Below are positions 46,669 to 54,863 of a stretch of DNA of 64,000 nucleotides, piece after piece (the stretch's first letter is position 1; each line of letters opens with the position of its first letter). A program made the translations under genes and the position numbers. This stretch comes from Candidatus Omnitrophota bacterium (GTDB taxonomy: Bacteria > Omnitrophota > Gorgyraeia > Zapsychrales > Fredricksoniimonadaceae): NCBI GenBank assembly GCA_016201795.1, contig JACQCF010000004.1, forward strand, positions 10,117 to 74,116. Reading direction: 5' to 3'. The notes under the pieces were generated by a model that saw nothing but the letters and a program-made list of their open reading frames with translations, ran no database searches and was not told where the DNA came from.

Positions 46669-47489
46669 AAACAATCCTGTTAGCTCTGTTTATGTTTTTA
46701 TCCGGTCCGCTTTGGGCAGAGCCAGATAATCGCTATCTGGACCCTGGCAAAGTTTGGTTTGAAAAACCCCTGGAAGAAGATGTGATGAAGGTCAACACGT
46801 CTATAGGCTACTGCACGGTGCTGGAGTTTCCAGAAAAGCCAATGCTGGTAACCATAGGGGACAACTCGCTCATCCAGGTCGAAATCCCCCAAAATTCCAA
46901 AAGTGTGGTCATAAAACCTTTGCAGCAATCAGGGGAAACCAACCTTTTTGTGTTTACGCCCAACCAAAGATTTAACTATAAAGTCATCATAGGCGGCGCT
47001 GAACAAATGGATTACGTTTTGGACGCTAAAGAATCGTTCAAAGATAAGAATCAACCGGCAAGCAGGCTATCTCTAGGTACAGTTTTAAAAATAGCCAGAG
47101 GCTATGATTTTTTTAAGCGTAACCACATCATTAATAAGAGGGAATTCATTCAAAAGAATCTCTTTTACCAGTGTTCCTATCCCAATGCCAATGTGGATGT
47201 CATTGAGGCCTTCAGCAATAAGGATCCGCATTATCTGCTTTTACATATTGTCATCCACAATTTAACTGATGAAACCATTAACTTAAGCGAACAAAACACT
47301 AATCTTTTTATCGGCGATGATAAGTTTACTCCCCAATATGTTTTGTTCGACAGCAATCAGGTAGGCCCTTTAGATAAAACCGATGGCTGGCTGGTTTTGG
47401 AAAATAGTTATGTTTCCATTGATAATAAATTTTCCATAAGTCTTGGAATAGAGGATCAAGAATATGTCTGTAGGCCGTCTGTTTCTTAA
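46665..47489 (+). CDS. VirB9/TrbG-like secreted protein
   Basis: Signal peptide. Beta-rich sequence (SIGYCTVLEFPEKPMLVTIGDNSLIQVE). Confidence 0.65.
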   Translation: MKTILLALFMFLSGPLWAEPDNRYLDPGKVWFEKPLEEDVMKVNTSIGYCTVLEFPEKPMLVTIGDNSLIQVEIPQNSKSVVIKPLQQSGETNLFVFTPNQRFNYKVIIGGAEQMDYVLDAKESFKDKNQPASRLSLGTVLKIARGYDFFKRNHIINKREFIQKNLFYQCSYPNANVDVIEAFSNKDPHYLLLHIVIHNLTDETINLSEQNTNLFIGDDKFTPQYVLFDSNQVGPLDKTDGWLVLENSYVSIDNKFSISLGIEDQEYVCRPSVS

Positions 47490-48396
47490 AACGGACAATA
47501 CCGGCAAAAAGCAGCCAACGCTTTTGACCTGCGTTTTGATTGGACTGCTGGTATTTGGTTCATGTTTGCTTTCACAGAATAGAAAGCCGCATTCCAAGAA
47601 AGAAGTTAAAGAAAGTATTATCAAAGAAAAAGACATTATTGAGGCCGCCAATAACCCTTTAAGCAGTGAAGGTAAAGCCTTCAAACTCGACTACACCGTT
47701 TTACAACCACCCGAAATCAAACCACTACCCCTAGCCCCTAAACCAACCCCGCCGCCTTCAGCTAAACCGGCGTTATCCATAAATGCAAAAATGATCGTCT
47801 TCGATAACACCAATGCCTATCAAAGCAATTGGGTCATACCTCTGGGAAGCATGGTCAAATGCCTTCTTATCCATAATATCGTCACTAACAATTTTGAAGC
47901 GCCGGTCATAGCCCAGGTGTGGGAGGATTTTTATTTTGACGGTAAACTACTGCTTCCTTTTGGCACGCGCATTTATGGAACAGCCTCGGCCGGTAAGGAA
48001 AGAGACAGGATAACTGTGAAATTTCAAAATATAGTCTTTCAAGACGGCAGAACTATCAAGATTGATGCCATCGCCTTAAGCAAAGACGGCTCCGGAGGCT
48101 TAACAGGGATAGTGGTTGATGACAGCACCAAAAAAACGATCATCGGCATGGCCATGAATCTTTTAAGCGGCATGGCCTTAGGGTTTCAGCAGACGACGAC
48201 CAATGCTTTAACCGGAATCAATCAGGTGGAAGCCAATTCCCGTAATGCTTTGCTTAATGGGGTCGCCAATACATTCCAAAAACAGGCTGATCATATTCAA
48301 AGCGACGTAGAAGGATCAAAGGGATATGCCATCGTTTTGGCAGGTAGCGATTTGGTCGTGTATTTCCAGAAAGAAGCAGATGTTCAAGGGGGATAG
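47464..48396 (+). CDS. VirB10/TrbI-like protein
   Basis: TM segment. Pro-rich linker KPLPLAPKPTPPPSAKP. C-terminal beta domain. Confidence 0.7.
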   Translation: MSVGRLFLKTDNTGKKQPTLLTCVLIGLLVFGSCLLSQNRKPHSKKEVKESIIKEKDIIEAANNPLSSEGKAFKLDYTVLQPPEIKPLPLAPKPTPPPSAKPALSINAKMIVFDNTNAYQSNWVIPLGSMVKCLLIHNIVTNNFEAPVIAQVWEDFYFDGKLLLPFGTRIYGTASAGKERDRITVKFQNIVFQDGRTIKIDAIALSKDGSGGLTGIVVDDSTKKTIIGMAMNLLSGMALGFQQTTTNALTGINQVEANSRNALLNGVANTFQKQADHIQSDVEGSKGYAIVLAGSDLVVYFQKEADVQGG

Positions 48397-48399
48397 AAC

Positions 48400-48672
48400 A
48401 TGCGGTTTATAACATTATTACTTGCGGTCATTCTTTTAAGCGGATGTGAAACATTGCAAGACATGGATTTTAATAAGCCGTTAATTCCCATTCCTGAAAA
48501 TATTGAAACCAAACCTAAAGAAGAAAAAATCTGGGTTGAAGCTAGAACCAGCCGCATATGGGTGAATCCCCATGTGGATGAAAACGGGGATTTAGTGGAA
48601 GGCCATTACAAGAACACTGTTTTAGAACCCGGGCATTGGGTGGTCAATGGAAACCAGGGACAACAAAACTAA
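48400..48672 (+). CDS. Small lipoprotein (VirB7-like position)
   Basis: Lipobox LLSGC. 90 aa. Confidence 0.5.
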   Translation: MRFITLLLAVILLSGCETLQDMDFNKPLIPIPENIETKPKEEKIWVEARTSRIWVNPHVDENGDLVEGHYKNTVLEPGHWVVNGNQGQQN

Positions 48673-50404
48673 CTCGATTGTCAGTGATAATGCTATCATT
48701 GCTTTGCTTATCATGGCCGTTTTTTATTATCAATATAAAACGGTCATTCAAGAAAAACTGCAGGAACCTTTCCTGGTATCGTTATTGGCAGCGGCAGCTG
48801 TCTTGTTCTTGTTGACTTTTTATGCTATCGGTCACGAAATCGAGAAATTCCTCAATACAATCAAAATGAAACGAAGAGGGATCACGCTGGAGGATAAAAA
48901 CGAGAGTATTTCCTTTCCATCCATTCCTTTTGACCTGCAACAGGAATCCGACACCTTCTACGAAAATGGCAAGAATCGTGACCGGACATTTTTAGGGTTA
49001 AACGCGGAAAAACAAAATACAGAGGTGGTCAGTGTCGCCGATATTCAGCGAAGTCAGCATTTACAGGTATTAGGCATGACCGGAACAGGCAAAACCACGG
49101 GCGTCTTTTTACCTTTGATTTATCAGGACGCTTTCAAGCACCGTCCGGTCATTATTCTGGACGCCAAAGGGGAATTGACCTTTATTAACCAGTTAAATGC
49201 CTTGCTGGCTTCTATTGGCCGAAGCCAGGACTTTTTATTGTTTTCACTTGTGCATAAAGACAAGTCCTGCACCTATAATCCGCTCTATGTGGGGGAATGC
49301 GACCCGCAAGTTGTCATTGACGCCTTTTTTAGTAATTTTAAGGACGAGAATTCTTTTTACCGGCAGACAGCGCACACCATTTTTACGAATACTTTCTATG
49401 TCCTTCATTCATTGGATAAACCTTTTACGGTCATGGATGTTTACACGTATTTAACCAATGACACCTGCCGCAAGGCAATCAATAAACAGGTGAAATCCCA
49501 CGGCAAGAAGGGGCTTTTATATCTCAAACTTCTTAATACCCATATCTACCGTTTGATTGAACAGTACAAGGGCTGGCAGCACGTCATTACCGGATTTAAT
49601 AATTATTTATTGGACCACAAGGAAGGTATTCTTAATGAAGCGGACAGCGACATTGTCCTGACCGATGCCATTCGCAATCGAAAAGTAGTTTACTTCCAGC
49701 TTCCCACAAACGCTTATCCTATTCAGGCCATTGGTATTGCCCGTATGGTGCAGGCTAATTTGAGGTATGTTTCTTCCTTGATTCAAACGGGGCAGATTCC
49801 CAAAGATATTTTGGTGAGCGTCATTATTGACGAATATGGGTCATTCGCGGAAGAGTCATTTGTGGAAGTCCTCAATAAGGCCCGCAGCAGCGGCATGATG
49901 GTAACAATCGCCCATCAAAGCTTAAGCGATTTAAGGGCCATATCACAAAGTTTTATGAAGCGTATCGATGAAAACACCCTCAATAAGATTTACCTTAAAC
50001 AAACCGACCCGGAATTGTGCGAGCTGATTGCCAGGAGCATGGGGACATACACCAAACAGGAAAAGACCTACCGCATGACCGGAGGGCGTTTCGGCAACCA
50101 GATTTATACGGGAGAATCTTCGGATCGTATGGTTAATGAATTTTACTTTCCGCCGGACAAGATCAAGAATTTGCGTGAACAATGGCAGGGCTACTTTATC
50201 CATCGAGGGAAAAACAGCCAGGTTTGCGTGAATTTTGGCCATTTCAAGGACTTGCCGGAAATGGCTTACAATAAAAGAGCCAGAGACAACAAGAAGGAGG
50301 GGTTAAGGCTTTTTGAAACTTATTATGTGCAGCTAGATGAGGAACCTACGGAAAAATTAATATTAGAACAAAAAGTAAGTCCAACCATAAGCTACGATAA
50401 TTAA
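48647..50404 (+). CDS. Type IV coupling protein (VirD4/TraG-like)
   Basis: Two N-terminal TM helices. Walker A GMTGTGKTTG. Walker B VIIDEYGSF. Confidence 0.8.
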   Translation: METRDNKTNSIVSDNAIIALLIMAVFYYQYKTVIQEKLQEPFLVSLLAAAAVLFLLTFYAIGHEIEKFLNTIKMKRRGITLEDKNESISFPSIPFDLQQESDTFYENGKNRDRTFLGLNAEKQNTEVVSVADIQRSQHLQVLGMTGTGKTTGVFLPLIYQDAFKHRPVIILDAKGELTFINQLNALLASIGRSQDFLLFSLVHKDKSCTYNPLYVGECDPQVVIDAFFSNFKDENSFYRQTAHTIFTNTFYVLHSLDKPFTVMDVYTYLTNDTCRKAINKQVKSHGKKGLLYLKLLNTHIYRLIEQYKGWQHVITGFNNYLLDHKEGILNEADSDIVLTDAIRNRKVVYFQLPTNAYPIQAIGIARMVQANLRYVSSLIQTGQIPKDILVSVIIDEYGSFAEESFVEVLNKARSSGMMVTIAHQSLSDLRAISQSFMKRIDENTLNKIYLKQTDPELCELIARSMGTYTKQEKTYRMTGGRFGNQIYTGESSDRMVNEFYFPPDKIKNLREQWQGYFIHRGKNSQVCVNFGHFKDLPEMAYNKRARDNKKEGLRLFETYYVQLDEEPTEKLILEQKVSPTISYDN

Positions 50405-50419
50405 CGGCGAGGTGAATAT

Positions 50420-50605
50420 ATGGAAAAAAGATATTTAACAGTTGTAGAGATTTCACAATACTTGGGTTTTAAACCAAGCGCCATTCGTAAATGGATTCGC
50501 CAGGGAAGAATACCATTTAACAGATTCCAAAGAAATATCCGCTTCGATCTTAAATTGATTGACCAATGGGCCAACGAGAGGCTTGAAAAAACACACATAA
50601 ATTAA
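50420..50605 (+). CDS. Excisionase/AlpA-like HTH DNA-binding protein
   Basis: LTVVEISQYLGFKPSAIRKWIRQGRIP. 61 aa. Directly upstream of the integrase. Confidence 0.7.
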   Translation: MEKRYLTVVEISQYLGFKPSAIRKWIRQGRIPFNRFQRNIRFDLKLIDQWANERLEKTHIN

Positions 50606-50742
50606 AATGAGATTATTCCTTGAAATCTCCAAGCAAAACATTCGATCGACGTTGAAATTATCTGCAAATGGTCTATAATTGAGAATGTTTATCGGTGGTA
50701 GGCCCATTTGCAAGAAAGGAGGTTTTGAAAGGAGAAAGTCAA

Positions 50743-51864
50743 ATGGGAACTACATTTAAACGCGGTAAGAAATGGGGTATTAGTGTTATTGATTCTCACG
50801 GCCGGCAAATACGAAAAATGGTTTCTTCTTATAAAGAAACCGCCGAGCGCATCCTCAAGAAAATTGAAACAGAAATAGTAGAGGGTAAATACCTCGATAT
50901 TAAGAAATATGAAAAGATTTTCTTTGAGGACTTTGCATCAGAGTATATTAAAACTCATGTCAGGTTGGAATTGAAGAATCCTAGAAATCAAGAATATATG
51001 ATTAATTGTTTGGCTACTCAATTCCGTGGAAAATATTTGCATCAAATCGATGCACTTATGATTCGTCAACATATGGCAAGAAGGTTGAGGGTTGTGCGTC
51101 CTGCTTCAGTTAATCGGGAGTTTCAAACTCTTAAATCCATGTTTAACCGAGCAATAGAATGGGGTATGTACTCTGGCAGTAATCCTGCCGTGGGCATTAA
51201 GAATGTTCCCCAAAATAACAGCCGTTGCCGGTGGCTTACGGAGGAAGAACAGGAACGCCTTTTGTCTTGCTGTAGTAATAACCTTACAAGAGTAATAATT
51301 CTGGTCGCGCTTAAAACAGGTATGCGTTGGGGAGAAATTGTTACGCTAAAATGGAAACAGGCGGCCTGCAGTAACTATGTGGATTTCGATAATGGTGTAA
51401 TTTTTGTTCATGAGTCTTTGGCCAAGAGCCAGCGCTCTCGGCATATTCCTTTAAGTGATGCTGTTCGTATGGCATTGCAGGGACTTGAACGAATTCCAAA
51501 CACTGATTATATTTTTTACAACCCGACGACTTTAAAGCCAATGGGGAGTTTAAAAAGATCATTCCACACAGCATTGAGAAGGGCCAAAATTAGCAATTTT
51601 AGGTTCCATGACTTGCGTCACACATTCGCTTCTCAGCTTGTGCGATGTGGGGTTGACCTTTATGTTGTTCAGAAATTATTGGGTCACACTTCACCAAAAA
51701 TGACACAGCGTTATGCCCATTTAAGATCAGATCAATTAAAAGAAGCTATTGAAAGAATCGATATGCAATCTAAAAATAATGTGTATCATGCGGATTCCAA
51801 CAATAGCACGTTTTTAGCACATTCTGATTTTGATAAGAAACAGGATATGAGCAATGTTTTATAA
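50743..51864 (+). CDS. Tyrosine-type site-specific integrase
   Basis: HDLRHTFAS...LLGHTSPKMTQRYAHL catalytic box. GGAG RBS before the ATG at 50743. Confidence 0.9.
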   Translation: MGTTFKRGKKWGISVIDSHGRQIRKMVSSYKETAERILKKIETEIVEGKYLDIKKYEKIFFEDFASEYIKTHVRLELKNPRNQEYMINCLATQFRGKYLHQIDALMIRQHMARRLRVVRPASVNREFQTLKSMFNRAIEWGMYSGSNPAVGIKNVPQNNSRCRWLTEEEQERLLSCCSNNLTRVIILVALKTGMRWGEIVTLKWKQAACSNYVDFDNGVIFVHESLAKSQRSRHIPLSDAVRMALQGLERIPNTDYIFYNPTTLKPMGSLKRSFHTALRRAKISNFRFHDLRHTFASQLVRCGVDLYVVQKLLGHTSPKMTQRYAHLRSDQLKEAIERIDMQSKNNVYHADSNNSTFLAHSDFDKKQDMSNVL

Positions 51865-51894
51865 CCTATTGAAATTAAAAAATTTGAGAGTTTT

Positions 51895-51971
51895 GGGTCG
51901 GTAGCTCAGTTTGGGAGAGCGCCTCGTTCGCAATGAGGAGGCCGGGGGTTCGATCCCCCCCCGATCCACCA
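51895..51971 (+). tRNA. tRNA-Ala (anticodon CGC at 51929-51931), CCA encoded
   Basis: Cloverleaf folded by hand: 7-bp acceptor with G3:U70, D-arm GCTC/GAGC, anticodon loop TTCGCAA, T-arm GGGGG/TTCGATC/CCCCC. Confidence 0.9.
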
Positions 51972-51996
51972 GGAATAAAGTGTCCCCTTCAAATAT

Positions 51997-52731
51997 ATGC
52001 ATAGATTCTATTGCGCCAACGCTGATTTCCTCAAAAAATATTTCACCATCACCGACTCCGACGAGATTCATCACATCAAAGATGTTTTACGGTTTAAGAA
52101 GGGTGCGGTGATTCAAATTTTTAACAGTCAAAATCAAGCAGCGGACGTTGTTATTGAATCGTTTAGCCAACAGGGTTTGAATGTCAGCGTTCTATCCGTG
52201 CGCCAAATGTCTTTCAGTAGACCCAAGATCACCTTGGCCTGCGCGCCGCCTAAAAAAGACAAATTCGAATGGATCATTGAAAAGTGCACGGAGCTTGGGG
52301 TGGATGAAATTATTCCGCTCAAAACCAAACGTGGACAGGTAGTATTTTCGACGGAAAAGATGGCCAGTAAACTGCCGCGTTTTGAAAAAGTAGCGGTCAA
52401 TGCGGCCAAACAATCCAAACGCGCCGCTGTTCCAATCATTCATCCTATGACGGATTTAACCGGGGTGCTCAAAAGTTTGGATCCTCAGGGGCTTCATCTT
52501 TTTCCTTCGCTCAACGGTCATCCGCAGCATATCAAAGAAGTGGTGCGCAAAGCCTCCGGTCATCAATCCGTGACGGTTTTTATCGGGCCGGAAGGGGATT
52601 TTACTATCGACGAGGTGCATAGGGCATTGGATGCCGGCTGTGTGCCGGTGTCTTTGGGCAACACGGTGTTGAAGGTGGAAACCGCGGCAATCGCGGCGGT
52701 GAGTTTCGTGCGTTTGATGCTAGGGGATTGA
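51997..52731 (+). CDS. rsmE: 16S rRNA (uracil1498-N3)-methyltransferase RsmE
   Basis: N-terminal PUA-like domain MHRFYC... and a C-terminal SPOUT domain (VFIGPEGDFT). Confidence 0.8.
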   Translation: MHRFYCANADFLKKYFTITDSDEIHHIKDVLRFKKGAVIQIFNSQNQAADVVIESFSQQGLNVSVLSVRQMSFSRPKITLACAPPKKDKFEWIIEKCTELGVDEIIPLKTKRGQVVFSTEKMASKLPRFEKVAVNAAKQSKRAAVPIIHPMTDLTGVLKSLDPQGLHLFPSLNGHPQHIKEVVRKASGHQSVTVFIGPEGDFTIDEVHRALDAGCVPVSLGNTVLKVETAAIAAVSFVRLMLGD

Positions 52732-52770
52732 CAATACGTACGTAATATGGTACGCTTTGGGTAAGGAGGT

Positions 52771-53019
52771 TTGACGATGACTACATTAACAGCCAGCAAG
52801 GCCCGTAACCAACTGTATCGCCTTTTGGATCAAGCCGCGCAGAACCATGAGCCCATTCAGATTACGGGCAAGCGTCATAATGCTGTGCTTGTTTCGCAGG
52901 AGGATTGGCGTTCTATAGAAGAAACTATGTATTTAATGAGTAAACCTAAATTACGAAGATCTATTATTAAGGGAATGAAAACGCCAATTAGAAAATGCGT
53001 TAAGAAGTTAGATTGGTAG
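52771..53019 (+). CDS. yefM: YefM/Phd-family antitoxin
   Basis: LTASKARNQLYRLLDQAAQNHEPIQITGKRHNAVLVSQEDWRSIEETMYL. Confidence 0.8.
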   Translation: MTMTTLTASKARNQLYRLLDQAAQNHEPIQITGKRHNAVLVSQEDWRSIEETMYLMSKPKLRRSIIKGMKTPIRKCVKKLDW

Positions 53020-53022
53020 GCT

Positions 53023-53286
53023 ATGTCTTGGCAGATTGTGTTTACCAAAGAAGCGTACAAAGATGCTCAAAAGATTTCCAGAGCGGGATTAAAAAATAAA
53101 ACAGAAGATTTGATCAATATCCTTAAGGCTAACCCCTATCAAAATCCCCCTCCTTATGAAAAATTAAGAAGAGATTTTCAAGGATCTTATTCACGCAGGA
53201 TTAATATTCAGCACAGGCTTATTTATCAAGTATTCATTCCAATTAAAACGGTAAAGATTATAAGGATGTGGACGCATTACGAATAA
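53023..53286 (+). CDS. yoeB: YoeB/Txe-family mRNA interferase toxin
   Basis: MSWQIVFTKEAYKDAQKI ... GSYSRRINIQHRLIYQV ... IIRMWTHYE. Confidence 0.85.
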   Translation: MSWQIVFTKEAYKDAQKISRAGLKNKTEDLINILKANPYQNPPPYEKLRRDFQGSYSRRINIQHRLIYQVFIPIKTVKIIRMWTHYE

Positions 53287-53316
53287 TTCTAAAATTATTT
53301 CCAAACCCCTTTGGAA

Positions 53317-53346
53317 TTGACAATACAATCCCCGACAAGGTATAAT
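53317..53346 (+). promoter_or_regulatory. recA promoter TTGACA-N18-TATAAT
   Basis: Seen directly. No obvious LexA-box palindrome found by eye. Confidence 0.5.
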
Positions 53347-53380
53347 CCCACGTTCATTTAATTTAAATATTGGAGGTATT

Positions 53381-54415
53381 ATGGCTCAAGACAAAGCAGT
53401 GATTGAGAAAATTTCTTCCGAGAAAGAAAATCGTTTAAAAGCTCTGGAGCTGGCGCTGGCTCAAATTGAAAAGCAGTTTGGCAAGGGCTCGATTATGCGC
53501 TTGGACAGCAAGATGGTCGTGGATATTCCGGTTATTCCTACCGGTTCTTTGAGTTTGGATGTGGCGCTGGGAGTCTGGGGCGTTCCCCGAGGCCGTGTGG
53601 TAGAAATTTACGGCCCTGAATCCTCGGGTAAAACGACGCTTACGTTAAGTATTATCAAACAAATGCAGCTAGCCGGAGGCGTGGCGGCTTTTATCGACGC
53701 TGAGCATGCCTTTGACAGCAGTTATGCCGGGAAGCTGGGTGTTAAGCTGGATGATCTTCTAGTGTCCCAGCCGGATACCGGTGAGCAGGCTTTGGAAATC
53801 GTCGAAACCCTGGTGCGTTCCAATGCCGTGGATTTGGTGGTCATCGATTCGGTGGCGGCCTTAACGCCCCGCGCGGAAATCGAAGGGGAAATGGGCGACG
53901 CGCACATGGGCTTGCAGGCGCGTTTGATGAGCCAGGCGCTGCGTAAATTAACCGCGGCTATTAATAAATCCAAAACCTGTGTCGTCTTTATCAATCAAAT
54001 CCGCATGAAAATCGGCGTGATGTTCGGTAATCCGGAGACGACCACCGGCGGACGGGCTTTAAAATTTTACGCGTCGGTACGTATTGATCTTAGGAAAATA
54101 GAATCCATTAAAGTCGGCGAAGAGATTATCGGCAACCGCGTTAAGGCCAAGGTGGTTAAAAATAAAGTGGCTCCGCCGTTTAAAGAGTCCGAATTTGAGA
54201 TTTATTTCGATGAGGGGATTTCCAAAGCCAGTGACATTCTGGATTTGGGTATTGCGCAGGACGTGATTCAGAAAAGCGGGGCGTGGCTGTCTTTTGAAAA
54301 TGAAAAAATCGGCCAGGGCCGCGAAAGCGCGCGCAAGTTTTTGAAGGATAATCCCAAAGTCATGGCCAAAATTGAGAAACTCATCGTCGAAAAGCTCAAA
54401 AACCAAAAAGTTTAA
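53381..54415 (+). CDS. recA: Recombinase RecA
   Basis: Walker [10 protein letters not shown]. Highly conserved RecA core. Confidence 0.95.
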   Translation: MAQDKAVIEKISSEKENRLKALELALAQIEKQFGKGSIMRLDSKMVVDIPVIPTGSLSLDVALGVWGVPRGRVVEIYGPESSGKTTLTLSIIKQMQLAGGVAAFIDAEHAFDSSYAGKLGVKLDDLLVSQPDTGEQALEIVETLVRSNAVDLVVIDSVAALTPRAEIEGEMGDAHMGLQARLMSQALRKLTAAINKSKTCVVFINQIRMKIGVMFGNPETTTGGRALKFYASVRIDLRKIESIKVGEEIIGNRVKAKVVKNKVAPPFKESEFEIYFDEGISKASDILDLGIAQDVIQKSGAWLSFENEKIGQGRESARKFLKDNPKVMAKIEKLIVEKLKNQKV

Positions 54416-54416
54416 G

Positions 54417-54863
54417 ATGCTCGTCTCATGCCGTCCATGGGCGTTAAGATTTCTGAAGATTCGCCCTCGAAGTGTGGCGGAACTTAAAGAAAAACTTGAG
54501 AAAAAAGGTTTTGAAGCAAAGGACATTGACCAGACCATCGGATGGCTTCAAAGCACTAAATTACTCGACGACCGGGCTTTTACGAAAAGCTGGATTCAGT
54601 ATCGTTTAGCCCGGCCGTTTGGTTTTAGAAGGATTGTTCTGGAGTTGAAGGATCAAGGCATTGATCCGGCCATCATCGAGGAAGAAATCGACGCGGTCAA
54701 GGTTCAGGACGACCAACATCAAACAGCCTTGGAGTTAGCCAAACGTCGATGGCAAAGACTGACAGGCATTGAGCCGCAAAAGAAAAAGAAACGCATTTTT
54801 GATTTTTTATCCCGACGGGGTTTTGGTCCGGATGTTATTTTTAAGGTGCTTAAGCAATTATGA
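54417..54863 (+). CDS. recX: Regulatory protein RecX
   Basis: ATG 1 nt after the recA stop. Three-helix-repeat RecX-like sequence. Confidence 0.8.
   Translation: MLVSCRPWALRFLKIRPRSVAELKEKLEKKGFEAKDIDQTIGWLQSTKLLDDRAFTKSWIQYRLARPFGFRRIVLELKDQGIDPAIIEEEIDAVKVQDDQHQTALELAKRRWQRLTGIEPQKKKKRIFDFLSRRGFGPDVIFKVLKQL

Larger units (their letters stand above)
36170..51971. mobile_element. Putative integrative conjugative element (cargo + T4SS + xis/int) abutting tRNA-Ala; left boundary not determined
   Basis: Gene content only. No att repeat located by eye. Confidence 0.45.

Noticed and set aside
51895-51971. Classical 3'-tRNA att site for the island
   Set aside because: Element lies 5' of the tRNA and no repeat of the tRNA 3' end was found by eye; kept only as an open question in the findings.
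53287-53380. LexA/SOS box upstream of recA
   Set aside because: No CTGT-N8-ACAG or GAAC-N4-GTTC type palindrome visible; only a consensus sigma70 promoter.
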